A DNA stretch of 52,905 nucleotides from an uncultured Mycoplasmatota bacterium (lineage in GTDB: Bacteria; Bacillota_I; Bacilli_A; RF39; UBA660), in NCBI GenBank assembly GCA_946530475.1, contig CAMNAC010000001.1, positions 1 through 52,905 on the forward strand, given 5' to 3'. Shown here one piece after another: positions 36,992-46,741 of this stretch. The translations under genes and the position numbers were made by a program. The notes under the pieces are model-generated. The model searched no databases, was not told where the DNA came from, and saw only the letters and a program-made list of their open reading frames with translations. The first letter of the stretch is position 1. Every line of letters starts with the position of its first letter.

Positions 36992-37966
36992 ATGTTAGAT
37001 GATTATAAAGAAACGCAACCAGTTGTATATCAAATATTGAAAAATTCTGTTATAAAAAATAAGAATTCACATGCTTATTTATTTGAAACCAATGGATATT
37101 CCAAACAAATGGATTTAGCGCTTGCATTCGCAAAATACTTATTGTGTCCATTTCACCATAGTAACATAGATGATGCAAAAGATTGTAGTATTTGTAACCG
37201 TATTCAAGATGGAAACTTTACAGAATTAAAAATTATTGAACCAGATGGGCTTTGGATAAAAAAGGAACAATTGTCAGAATTACAAAAAGAATTTAGTACA
37301 AAATCCATTGAATCTAATCAAAAAGTATATATTATTAATCACGCTGAAAAGTTAAATGATTCTTCTGCTAATTCTATTTTAAAATTCTTAGAAGAACCTG
37401 AAGAAAATATTGTCGCAATTCTATTAACTGATAATAGTTATCAATTATTAGATACCATTGTTTCAAGATGCCAAGTTGTCTCATTTCGTAAAGATAAGAA
37501 AATAGAGTGTATTAATAATGAATCAAAGACATTATTTTTAATTGCTAATCAATTAGTAGATCAAGAAGACCAATTATATGATTTTATAAATGATGAAAAG
37601 AAGAAAGAAAAAATTGATCAAATAATTCAATTTATTGTTTCTTTGGAAAAATACGGAAAAGAAACTTTATTATTTAGTAAAAAACTATGGTTTGACGTAG
37701 TGAAAGAAAAAGAAGAATATTTTTCTGCATTTCGAATTATGCAGTTATTTTATCAGGATGTACTAAATGTACTTTATGATAGAAATATTGAAATTATGGA
37801 AGATTATCAGCAAGAAATTCTTTCTGTTTTATCAAAAAATGATATAATAACAATTACAAGCAAATTAAAAATCTTAATGGAAGAACAAGAAAAAATAAAG
37901 TATAATGTAAATAGCAATTTATTAATGGACAAGCTTATAATTAGAATGTCGGAGGTATCAAAATGA
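36992..37966 (+). CDS. holB: DNA polymerase III subunit delta prime
   Basis: The sequence contains a degenerate clamp-loader AAA+ region (SHAYLFETNGYSKQ), a Zn module (CPFHHSNIDDAKDCSIC) and SRCQVVSF. Confidence 0.85.
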   Translation: MLDDYKETQPVVYQILKNSVIKNKNSHAYLFETNGYSKQMDLALAFAKYLLCPFHHSNIDDAKDCSICNRIQDGNFTELKIIEPDGLWIKKEQLSELQKEFSTKSIESNQKVYIINHAEKLNDSSANSILKFLEEPEENIVAILLTDNSYQLLDTIVSRCQVVSFRKDKKIECINNESKTLFLIANQLVDQEDQLYDFINDEKKKEKIDQIIQFIVSLEKYGKETLLFSKKLWFDVVKEKEEYFSAFRIMQLFYQDVLNVLYDRNIEIMEDYQQEILSVLSKNDIITITSKLKILMEEQEKIKYNVNSNLLMDKLIIRMSEVSK

Positions 37967-38757
37967 CAAAAGTGGTAGGAATATCGTTTAAAAATAAAGG
38001 AAGACAATACTATTTTAATGCAGGAGAACTAGAATTAAAAAAAGGAAATAAAGTAATTGTAGAAACAGAAAGAGGTCTACAATATGGGACAGTTGAAACA
38101 GCATTATTAAATTTGGAAGATACCCAAATTACATCTCCTTTAAAAGATGTAATCAGAATCGCAACTAATAAAGATCAAAAAGCATATGAAAGAAATCTAA
38201 CAGACGCCAAAAAGGCGCTTAGTAAAGCACGAGATTTAGCGAAAAAGTATAATTTAAACATCTATTTAATAGATGCATCATTTACATTTGAAAGAGAGCA
38301 GTTATTATTTCACTTCTTATCAGACGGAAGAGTTGATTTTAGAGCGCTTGCAAAAGATTTGGCTTCTATCTATCATACCAGAATTGAATTAAGACAAATA
38401 GGAGCACGTGATAAAGCAAAAGAAGTAGGAGGGTTAGGATTATGTGGAAGAACCCTTTGTTGTGCACAGTTCTTAAATGATTTTGATTCTGTATCAATTA
38501 ATATGGCAAAAAATCAGAATATTGCTTTAAATCCTTCTAAAATCAATGGAGCATGTGGAAGATTATTATGTTGTTTAAAATATGAAGATGATACTTATAA
38601 AGAAGCAAGAAAGAATTGTCCAAAAATTGGTTCCAAATATAAAACAGAAAAAGGAGAAGGAACTGTAACAAGCGTTGACTTATTAAATCAAACTTGTGAA
38701 GTAGAATTGTCAAAATATGGAACAATAGAGGTCTCAATTAAAAATGAAAAAGCTTAA
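37963..38757 (+). CDS. ricT: PSP1-domain protein YaaT/RicT
   Basis: The PSP1 domain is marked by FRALAKDLASIYHTRIELRQIGARDKAK and Cys-rich LCCAQFL / CGRLLCCLKYE. It lies downstream of holB as in Bacillus. Confidence 0.85.
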   Translation: MTKVVGISFKNKGRQYYFNAGELELKKGNKVIVETERGLQYGTVETALLNLEDTQITSPLKDVIRIATNKDQKAYERNLTDAKKALSKARDLAKKYNLNIYLIDASFTFEREQLLFHFLSDGRVDFRALAKDLASIYHTRIELRQIGARDKAKEVGGLGLCGRTLCCAQFLNDFDSVSINMAKNQNIALNPSKINGACGRLLCCLKYEDDTYKEARKNCPKIGSKYKTEKGEGTVTSVDLLNQTCEVELSKYGTIEVSIKNEKA

Positions 38758-39472
38758 TTATTTACTCGGATATGAAGATTTAAAAATCTATCAAGATGAT
38801 AAGATGTTTCGGTTTTCCTTGGATTCTGTTTTATTACCTAATTTTATTTCATTAAATAAAACCACAAAAAAAATACTTGATATTGGAACTGGAAATGCAC
38901 CCATTCCTCTTATTTTATCAAAGAAAACGGATGCAAAAATAATAGGTGTTGAACTCCAAAAGGAAGCCTTTGAATTGGGCTTAGAATCTGTTTCTTATAA
39001 TCATTTAGAAAATCAAATCACTTTAATTCATCAAGACATTAAAGAATACAGTAAAAATACAGAGACAGATACGTTTGATTATATTACTTGTAATCCACCT
39101 TATTTTCCATTAAAGGAAGATTCTCATATTAACGATAGTACTTATAAAACACTAGCTCGTCATGAAAGTGCTTTAACATTAGAAGATATTATGAAAGTAA
39201 GCAAAAAACTGTTAAAAAACAATGGAATGCTAGGAATTGTAAATCGACCAGAAAGATTAGTATCGATCATTGAACTCATGAAAAAATACAATATTGAACC
39301 AAAAAGAATGCAGTTAGTTTATCCTCATAATAATAAGGAAGCTAATATACTATTAATTGAAGGAAGAAAAAACGGAAAACCTGGTTTAAAAATAATGCCT
39401 CCGTTATACTCACATGAAGATAATGGAGAATACACGAAGGAATTGAAACAATATTTAAATAATATAATTTGA
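38744..39472 (+). CDS. SAM-dependent methyltransferase, YabB / TrmN6-like
   Basis: The SAM motif ILDIGTGNAPIPL and the catalytic NPPYF motif are present. The position after yaaT is syntenic. Confidence 0.8.
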   Translation: MKKLNYLLGYEDLKIYQDDKMFRFSLDSVLLPNFISLNKTTKKILDIGTGNAPIPLILSKKTDAKIIGVELQKEAFELGLESVSYNHLENQITLIHQDIKEYSKNTETDTFDYITCNPPYFPLKEDSHINDSTYKTLARHESALTLEDIMKVSKKLLKNNGMLGIVNRPERLVSIIELMKKYNIEPKRMQLVYPHNNKEANILLIEGRKNGKPGLKIMPPLYSHEDNGEYTKELKQYLNNII

Positions 39473-39522
39473 CTTTTTTTAAAAAAATGATATAGTAAAC
39501 CCCAAGAAAAGGGGTTTTTCTC

Positions 39523-40470
39523 ATGGGAATACAAGAAGAAATTATAAAAAGAAAGCGAAAAATATTAGAAGATAGTGCATTTTATGGATGTAGTGAAAGA
39601 GACTTTTCATTTGTGAATACGAAAGAATATGAAGATTTAGCAATCGAGATGATTAAAAATAAAGCACCATATGATAGCCAAATTGAGCTTCCATATCAAT
39701 CAAATGAAGAAATTCAAGAAAATGCAAATAAAGTCTTTTTACAACAAATAGGTGATATTGATCAACAAGTTCTTTATTTAGAAAACTATAAGCAAAAAGA
39801 ATTACATTATAATAATCCTGCTGAATTGTTAGAATATTATAATTATGTCATGCAAGATGTAAAAAAAATAAATGTGACAGATCTTCCTGTTGTCTGGAAA
39901 AAAGATGGTCAAATGGGTGGAGGAGCTCGTACTTTATTAATTGGGGATGTCAATCATTTAAATATTTTAAATATAAGTCCTATTCTATCACTAGGAATTA
40001 TATTACAGAACACAAATGATGCATTTGGATCTACAGTTTTGGTTCATGAGATGACACATGTTTTAGTCAATCGAAATAAAGGAATTATAAAAAACTATTA
40101 TAATAGAGAAGTATTAAGTATTTATATGGAATTAGTAACGGCACTTGAATTGGATCAAACAGGGGAACTATTAAATCATGAATTGTTATTGAGATTGAAG
40201 AATTTAAAAAAAGATATGTTAGATATTAGTTGTGATATTTATTATGGAGTAATATTAAAGCAGCTTCATGTTCATTCATCCTTTTATGCATTTAGTTTAT
40301 TTGATAAATATCAAAAAGGATCAAATGAAGTTCGTGAAAAAATGCGAAAAGAAATCAATGAGACTTTTTTAGGGAATCGTACTCTAGAAGAAACCTTATA
40401 TGTATTAGGCGCTACCAAAGAACAAGGTTCTAGAGTTATTCAAGATTATGTAAAAAAAATAATGAAATAA
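39523..40470 (+). CDS. Hypothetical protein with an HExxH zinc-metallopeptidase-like motif
   Basis: VLVHEMTHVL is the only recognisable motif. No signal peptide is evident. Confidence 0.45.
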   Translation: MGIQEEIIKRKRKILEDSAFYGCSERDFSFVNTKEYEDLAIEMIKNKAPYDSQIELPYQSNEEIQENANKVFLQQIGDIDQQVLYLENYKQKELHYNNPAELLEYYNYVMQDVKKINVTDLPVVWKKDGQMGGGARTLLIGDVNHLNILNISPILSLGIILQNTNDAFGSTVLVHEMTHVLVNRNKGIIKNYYNREVLSIYMELVTALELDQTGELLNHELLLRLKNLKKDMLDISCDIYYGVILKQLHVHSSFYAFSLFDKYQKGSNEVREKMRKEINETFLGNRTLEETLYVLGATKEQGSRVIQDYVKKIMK

Positions 40471-40530
40471 GACAACAAAACGTTGTCTTTTCTATTCAAA
40501 AAAAAGTATAATAAGAATGGGAGTGATCGT

Positions 40531-41373
40531 ATGTCACAAAAAAGTTATGACAATAGTCCTACTGTATATCTAATACCAACTCCAATTGGAAATATGGATG
40601 ATATGACTTTTAGAGCTGTAAAAATATTACAAGAAGTGGAAGTTATTTTTTCTGAGGATACAAGAGTTACAAATTTGTTATTAAAACACTTTGATATCCA
40701 TAAAAAATGTATTTCGAGCCATAAATTCAACGAAGAAAAAAATCATGAAAAACTTCTTTCTTATTTAGAAAAAGGCTTTCATGTTGGAGTTGTAAGTGAT
40801 AGGGGAACCCCTGTTATCAGCGATCCAGGTTATGAACTAGCAAAATATGCGATTGATAAAGGATATAATGTAGTAGGGTTACCAGGCGCAACAGCTTTAA
40901 TTCCCGCACTTATTATGTCTGGGATTTCTCCACAACCTTTCTTATTTTATGGATTCTTAAATAATAAGGATGGAAAAAGAAAGAAAGAATTAGAAAGTTT
41001 AAAAGAAGAAAAAGCAACTCTTATTTTTTATGAAGCACCTCATCGTTTAGAAAAAACATTGCTTTTGATGAAAGAAGTATTGGGAAATCGTAAGATAAGT
41101 ATTTCCCGGGAAATAAGTAAAAAGTTTGAAGAAGTTTATAGAGGAACTTTTGAAGAAGTTTTAAAAGAAGTAAAAGATGCAAAAGGAGAATTTGTAATTG
41201 TGGTAAGTGGAAATACAGATGAATCTTCTTTTGAACATTTATCTATTATTGAACATGTAAATTCATATTTAAAAGAAGGATATACAAAAAAAGAAGCATA
41301 TAAAAAGGTTGCTTCTGATAGGGGTATCAGTAAAAATGAAGTTTATCAAACATATGAAAGGGGGATTTTATGA
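40531..41373 (+). CDS. rsmI: 16S rRNA (cytidine1402-2'-O)-methyltransferase RsmI
   Basis: The track ORF starts at 40483. The ATG at 40531 follows a GGGAG RBS. LYLIPTPIGNMDDMTFRA, SDRGTPVISDPG and FYEAPHR are present. Confidence 0.9.
   Translation: MSQKSYDNSPTVYLIPTPIGNMDDMTFRAVKILQEVEVIFSEDTRVTNLLLKHFDIHKKCISSHKFNEEKNHEKLLSYLEKGFHVGVVSDRGTPVISDPGYELAKYAIDKGYNVVGLPGATALIPALIMSGISPQPFLFYGFLNNKDGKRKKELESLKEEKATLIFYEAPHRLEKTLLLMKEVLGNRKISISREISKKFEEVYRGTFEEVLKEVKDAKGEFVIVVSGNTDESSFEHLSIIEHVNSYLKEGYTKKEAYKKVASDRGISKNEVYQTYERGIL
41100..41115. promoter_or_regulatory. Perfect NBS palindrome TATTTCCCGGGAAATA inside the rsmI coding sequence
   Basis: The 16-mer is identical to the copies at 19481 and 33503 and encodes ...SISREIS... 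Confidence 0.55.
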
Positions 41374-41936
41374 AATTAATTGTGGGTTTAGGAAATCCAG
41401 GAAAATCATATGAAAAAACGAGACATAATATGGGATTTATGATTCTTGATGAATTTGCACGAAAACATCAAGCAGAATTTCATAAAACAAAAATGAATGG
41501 TTTGCTTGCAGAATGTATGATACAAGGAGAAAAAGTATATTTATTAAAACCATTAAGTTTTATGAATTTATCAGGAACTGTTGTAAAACCTATTTTAAAC
41601 TATTATAAAATTCCAATTTCAGATTTACTTGTAATTTCAGATGATTTAGATCAACCAGTTGGAAATGTAAGATTAAGACCTCATGGTTCTTCTGGTGGAC
41701 ATAACGGATTAAAAAATATTGAACAAGAATTAGGAACAAATGAATTTAAAAGAATGAGAGTAGGAATTTCGAAAGATGAACAAATTCTTACAGTTGACTA
41801 TGTACTAGGAAAATTAAGTAAAGAGGATCTTCAACATATCCAAAATCAATTTCCTAAGTATTGTCAGATATTAGAAGATTTTATAGAAAAACCATTTGAT
41901 CAGTTAATGAGTTTATATAATGGAAATAAGGAGTGA
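41370..41936 (+). CDS. pth: Peptidyl-tRNA hydrolase
   Basis: MKLIVGLGNPGKSYEKTRHNMGF and GGHNGLKNI are present. Confidence 0.95.
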   Translation: MKLIVGLGNPGKSYEKTRHNMGFMILDEFARKHQAEFHKTKMNGLLAECMIQGEKVYLLKPLSFMNLSGTVVKPILNYYKIPISDLLVISDDLDQPVGNVRLRPHGSSGGHNGLKNIEQELGTNEFKRMRVGISKDEQILTVDYVLGKLSKEDLQHIQNQFPKYCQILEDFIEKPFDQLMSLYNGNKE

Positions 41937-41970
41937 TACGAAAGTATCTTTTTTGCCTTAGGAGGAATAT

Positions 41971-44900
41971 ATGTTTGAAAAATTATTTCAATTAAAAGAA
42001 ACATCAGATATATCAGGTCTTACTTCCGAATTACGAGCACTTTATTTAGTTCAGTATTTGAAAGAAAATAAAGAATCTATTTTATATGTAACAAGTTCTT
42101 TATATGAAGCGAATGAGACCTATGAAGCAATCAAAAACTACACAGATTCTGTAGTTCTTTTTCCGATGGATGATTTTCTAACATCTGAAGCACTCGCAAT
42201 TAGTCCAGAGTTTAAAGTGACAAGATTGGAAACACTAAATATATTATGTGAAAGAAAGAAACCCATGATCGTAGTTACCAATCTTATGGGTTATTTACGA
42301 TATCTTCCTTCCAGAAAGACTTATGAAAATTATTTTTTAAAATTAGAAATAGGACATGACTATCCAATGAAGGAATTGATTGATACTTTATTTCATATGG
42401 GATATCAAAGAGAAACCATTGTAAATAAAACTGGAGAAATGGGTGTTCGTGGATTTGTAATTGATATTTTTCCAATTAGTTTTGATACTCCAATTCGTTT
42501 AGAATTTTGGGGAGATACTATAGATTCAATAAGAGAATTTGACGTGGATAGTCAGCTAACTTTAAAGCAAGTTGAATCAGTCATTATAAAACCTAATACG
42601 GAATTTTTAACAACGGAAAAAATAGATACTTTTGGTAAAAAACAAAGAGAGTTAAAAGAATATGAAAAAGTAGAAAACATAACTTCTTATTTGAATCATC
42701 CACTTCTAGTATTTCAAGATAAAGAACAGATAAAAAATACGCTTTCTTTATTAATAGAAGAAATAGAAAACTATAATAAGAGTTTAGAATTACCAACTAA
42801 TACCTCTTATATGTTTGATTTTAATGAATTAATAATAGAAAAAGAACTTTCTTTTTATCCGTTTGATCACAAGGGAGGAATTTCTTTTCAATCCTATGAA
42901 GTAGAACCTTTTACAGGGAATGTAGAAGAAATGAAAAAAAGACTTCAAGAATATCTTTCTCTTAAGAAGACAGTTGTTATTTGCGTAAGTAATCGCTATA
43001 TAGTAAACAAACTATTGGATACATTAGATGACCAAAGAATTATATTTACCAATGAAAATAAAATTGAACCAAATATGATTAATCTCATTGTAAAAACAAT
43101 TCATAATGGATTTCAATTTGAAAATTATGTGGTAATTGGAGAAAAAGAACTATTCCATAAAAAAACTTCTTCAAGTTATAAAACCAATTTTAAATTTGGT
43201 AAAAAAATAAGAGATATTACAAAATTAAATATTGGGGATTATGTTGTCCATTCAACACATGGGATTGGAAGATATGTTGGAATTAAAACACTGGTAAAAC
43301 AGGGGTTAAAAAAAGATTATTTACAAATAGAGTATCAAGGTCAAGATAAACTTTATATTCCGGTAGAAAAAATAGAGTTAATTAGTAAATATTCTACCAA
43401 CGATGGAATTACTCCAAAATTAAATAAGTTAGGCAGTATCGAATGGCAGAAAACGAAATTAAGAGTTCGTAAAAAAATAGAAGATATTGCAGGTGATTTA
43501 TTAAGACTTTATGCAGAGCGAAAATCCAAAAAAGGATTTGCGTTTGAAAAAGATAATGAAGAACAAATAGAATTTGAAAAAGAATTTCCTTTTCAAGAAA
43601 CATCCGATCAATTAAGAGTGACAGAAGAAATCAAGGAAGAAATGGAACAAGATACTCCAATGGACAGGTTACTATGCGGAGATGTAGGATTTGGAAAAAC
43701 AGAAGTTGCTTTTCGGGCTGCTATGAAAGCTATTTTATCCGGAAAACAAGTGGCATTTTTATGTCCTACTACCATTCTTTCTTCTCAGCACTATCAAAAT
43801 GCACTAGAAAGATTTCGCTCTTTTGCGGTAAATATAAAACTTTTAAATCGATTCGTATCAACAAAAGAAACGAATCAAATTTTAAAAGATTTAAAAAATG
43901 GGAAAGTAGATTTATTAATAGGTACTCATAGAATATTAGGAAATGATGTTGAATTTAAAGATTTAGGTCTTCTTATTATTGATGAAGAACAAAGATTTGG
44001 AGTAAAACATAAAGAAAAAATAAAACAATATAAGAATAATATTGATGTATTAACATTATCAGCAACACCAATTCCTAGAACATTACAAATGTCTATGACA
44101 GGAATTAGGAGTCTCTCTTTAATTGAGACACCCCCTAAAAACAGATATCCAATTCAAACTTATGTATTACAAGAAAACAATGAAATTATAAAAGATGCCA
44201 TCTATAAAGAATTATCTAGAAAAGGGCAAGTATTCTTACTTTATAATCATATTGATCATATGGAATCAAAGGTTCGTGAGATTGAAAGACTAGTTCCTGA
44301 AGCAAGAATCTTATCAGCCCATGGAAGGATGGATAAAAATGCATTGGAAGATGTGATGATTCAATTTCAAAATCATGAAGCGGATGTCTTAATTTGTACA
44401 ACCATTATTGAAACAGGAATTGATTTACCAAATGTAAATACGTTAATTATAGTGGATGCAGATCGCTTTGGATTATCTCAACTATATCAAATTAGAGGAA
44501 GAGTAGGAAGAAGTGATCGAATTGCCTATTGTTATTTGATGTATGATAAGAAAAAAATATTATCTGAAATCGCTCAAAAAAGATTATCTGTAATAAGAGA
44601 ATTTACAGAACTAGGAAGTGGTTTTGCGATTGCCGTAAGAGATCTTTCTATTAGAGGAGCAGGAGATATTTTAGGAAGCGAACAGGCAGGATTTATGGAT
44701 GCTGTTGGAGTTGAATTATTTCTTTCTATGTTAAATGAAGAAATTGCAAAATTAAAAGGAGAACCAATAAAAGAAGAAAAACAAGATACTCCTCCATTAT
44801 TAGAAGTAGAAACAAGTATTGATAATCACTATGTAGAAGAGGAAGAATTAAAAATTGAAATTCATAAGAAAATCAATGAAATTGATTCAAAAGAAAAACT

Positions 44901-45249
44901 ATTAGAAGTAAAACAAGAATTAGAAGATCGCTTTGGTAAAATCAGTGATAGTATGCTTATCTATATGTATGAAGAATGGTTTGAAAAGTTAGCAACGAAA
45001 TTCCATATTAAAAAAGTAAATCAAATGAAAAACTTTGTAGAGGTTGTATTAGATAAAGAAACGACACAAAAGATTGATGGAGAAGTTTTATTTATGGAAT
45101 TGAATCAAATATCTAGAATGTTTCGTTTTTCTATGAAGTTTGGATGTTTAAGTATTATTCTTGATACAATAAAACTAGAAAAGCATTTTATCTATTATTT
45201 AATTGATCTTATGAGTGTTTTAGAAAAATCATTGAAGGAGACAAACTAG
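41971..45249 (+). CDS. mfd: Transcription-repair coupling factor Mfd
   Basis: The protein is 1092 aa. It has a CarD-like segment (GDYVVHSTHGIGRY), SF2 helicase motifs (GDVGFGKTEVA, DEEQRFG) and a TRG motif region. Confidence 0.95.
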   Translation: MFEKLFQLKETSDISGLTSELRALYLVQYLKENKESILYVTSSLYEANETYEAIKNYTDSVVLFPMDDFLTSEALAISPEFKVTRLETLNILCERKKPMIVVTNLMGYLRYLPSRKTYENYFLKLEIGHDYPMKELIDTLFHMGYQRETIVNKTGEMGVRGFVIDIFPISFDTPIRLEFWGDTIDSIREFDVDSQLTLKQVESVIIKPNTEFLTTEKIDTFGKKQRELKEYEKVENITSYLNHPLLVFQDKEQIKNTLSLLIEEIENYNKSLELPTNTSYMFDFNELIIEKELSFYPFDHKGGISFQSYEVEPFTGNVEEMKKRLQEYLSLKKTVVICVSNRYIVNKLLDTLDDQRIIFTNENKIEPNMINLIVKTIHNGFQFENYVVIGEKELFHKKTSSSYKTNFKFGKKIRDITKLNIGDYVVHSTHGIGRYVGIKTLVKQGLKKDYLQIEYQGQDKLYIPVEKIELISKYSTNDGITPKLNKLGSIEWQKTKLRVRKKIEDIAGDLLRLYAERKSKKGFAFEKDNEEQIEFEKEFPFQETSDQLRVTEEIKEEMEQDTPMDRLLCGDVGFGKTEVAFRAAMKAILSGKQVAFLCPTTILSSQHYQNALERFRSFAVNIKLLNRFVSTKETNQILKDLKNGKVDLLIGTHRILGNDVEFKDLGLLIIDEEQRFGVKHKEKIKQYKNNIDVLTLSATPIPRTLQMSMTGIRSLSLIETPPKNRYPIQTYVLQENNEIIKDAIYKELSRKGQVFLLYNHIDHMESKVREIERLVPEARILSAHGRMDKNALEDVMIQFQNHEADVLICTTIIETGIDLPNVNTLIIVDADRFGLSQLYQIRGRVGRSDRIAYCYLMYDKKKILSEIAQKRLSVIREFTELGSGFAIAVRDLSIRGAGDILGSEQAGFMDAVGVELFLSMLNEEIAKLKGEPIKEEKQDTPPLLEVETSIDNHYVEEEELKIEIHKKINEIDSKEKLLEVKQELEDRFGKISDSMLIYMYEEWFEKLATKFHIKKVNQMKNFVEVVLDKETTQKIDGEVLFMELNQISRMFRFSMKFGCLSIILDTIKLEKHFIYYLIDLMSVLEKSLKETN

Positions 45250-45309
45250 TCTTCTTTTTGATTTTACTTTTTTAAAGAAATGTAATACAATGTAAGTAGA
45301 GGTGAAAAG

Positions 45310-45873
45310 ATGAAAAAAGGAACGATTATTTTAATTGGTGTAGTCGCAGTGATTGCGGTAATTGCTATGATGTTAGGAGGCACTTATAACGGTTTAGTTA
45401 GTAAAAGTGAAGAAGTAGATAGTAAGTATTCTGATATCTCTGTTCAATTAGAAAGAAGGGCAGATTTAATTCCTAACTTAGTGAATACAGTAAAAGGTTA
45501 TATGGCACATGAAGAAAAGATTATCAATAGCATTACAGAAGCTCGTACAAAATTAGTTAATGCATCTACTGTTGAAGAAAAAGCAACAGCAAATGAAGAA
45601 TTAACAAGTGCGTTAAATAATTTATTTGTTGTAGTAGAAAACTATCCAGATTTAAAATCAAGTGCTAATTTTATTAATCTACAAGATGAATTAGCTGGAA
45701 CAGAAAATCGAATTGCTACTGCAAGAAAAGATTACAATGATGCAGTAAAATCTTATAATCAATCTGTAAAAAGATTTCCAAAAAATATTTTAGCGGCAAT
45801 GTTTGGATTTAAAGAAAAAGCATATTTTGAAGCAAAGGAGTCTTCTAAAGATGTTCCTGAAGTTTCTTTCTAG
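45310..45873 (+). CDS. lemA: LemA family protein
   Basis: An N-terminal TM helix plus YNGLVSKSEEVDSKYSDISVQLERRADLIPNLV and ENRIATARKDYNDAV are present. Confidence 0.85.
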   Translation: MKKGTIILIGVVAVIAVIAMMLGGTYNGLVSKSEEVDSKYSDISVQLERRADLIPNLVNTVKGYMAHEEKIINSITEARTKLVNASTVEEKATANEELTSALNNLFVVVENYPDLKSSANFINLQDELAGTENRIATARKDYNDAVKSYNQSVKRFPKNILAAMFGFKEKAYFEAKESSKDVPEVSF

Positions 45874-46711
45874 GATTAAATATTTAATCCTTGCTTTTTT
45901 ATGTTTTGGTTTTCTTACCAATGCGAAAGCACTTGTTAAACCCACAACAGAATTCTATGTGAATGATTATGCGAATATTCTTTCTTCCGAAACAGAAGAA
46001 CACATTATAGAAAAAAGTAAATTATTATATCAAGCAGATGGAACTCAAATCGTTGTTGTAACAGTTAAAAATTTGGAAGGAATGTCTCTTGAAGATTATG
46101 CAACCAAATTATTTCGAGAATTTGGAATAGGGGACAAAGAAAAGAACAATGGATTACTTTTGTTACTTGCTTTAGAAGAAAGGCAATTCCGTGTAGAAGT
46201 AGGATATGGGTTAGAAGGAATTTTACCAGATGGAAAAACGGGAAGATTCCAAGATGAATATATCATTCCTTATTTAAGAGAAAATAAGTGGGATGAAGGA
46301 ATTGTAAATGGATATGATGCATTTTTTTCTGAAATTGTCATTCAAAATAATTTGGATTTAGAATATAATAGCCCTGAGAACATTAATGAAAAATATCAAA
46401 CAACCATGTGGGCTGCGGTTATCATTGGTTTCATTGCAGGAATTATTATTCAAGCTTTAGAAGATCATTTAGGAATACTAACTGGTGGTTATAGTCTCAT
46501 TTGGTTTTTAGGATTGTGCTATGTATTTAATTTTGCATCATTGTATGTTTATCACTTTATAGTGAATATGTTTGTGTTTATTTTTACCAGAGCATCTCAT
46601 TCTCATGGAAGTTACTACGGAGGTAGTTCTTTTGGCAGTTTTTCTGGAAGTTCTGGATCTTTTGGAGGAGGAGGTTCTTCTGGTGGAGGTGGAAGTTCTA
46701 GAGGTTTCTAG
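45851..46711 (+). CDS. TPM-domain protein (YgcG-like) with a Gly/Ser-rich tail
   Basis: The preferred ATG at 45851 lies after an AAGGAG RBS; the track start at 45803 overlaps lemA. A signal peptide, the TPM motif VNDYANILS...IVVVTV, C-terminal TM helices and a GGGSSGGGGSS tail are present. LemA-TPM pairing is common. Confidence 0.8.
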   Translation: MFLKFLSRIKYLILAFLCFGFLTNAKALVKPTTEFYVNDYANILSSETEEHIIEKSKLLYQADGTQIVVVTVKNLEGMSLEDYATKLFREFGIGDKEKNNGLLLLLALEERQFRVEVGYGLEGILPDGKTGRFQDEYIIPYLRENKWDEGIVNGYDAFFSEIVIQNNLDLEYNSPENINEKYQTTMWAAVIIGFIAGIIIQALEDHLGILTGGYSLIWFLGLCYVFNFASLYVYHFIVNMFVFIFTRASHSHGSYYGGSSFGSFSGSSGSFGGGGSSGGGGSSRGF

Positions 46712-46741
46712 GACTTTTTTTATGCCAAAAAAAGAAAGAAA

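Noticed and set aside
45803-45850. The track start of the TPM-domain ORF overlaps the last 70 nt of lemA.
   Set aside because: The internal ATG at 45851 is preceded by AAGGAG at a suitable distance and begins a normal signal peptide (MFLKFLSRIKYLILAFLCFGF). The upstream extension is most likely non-coding in that frame.
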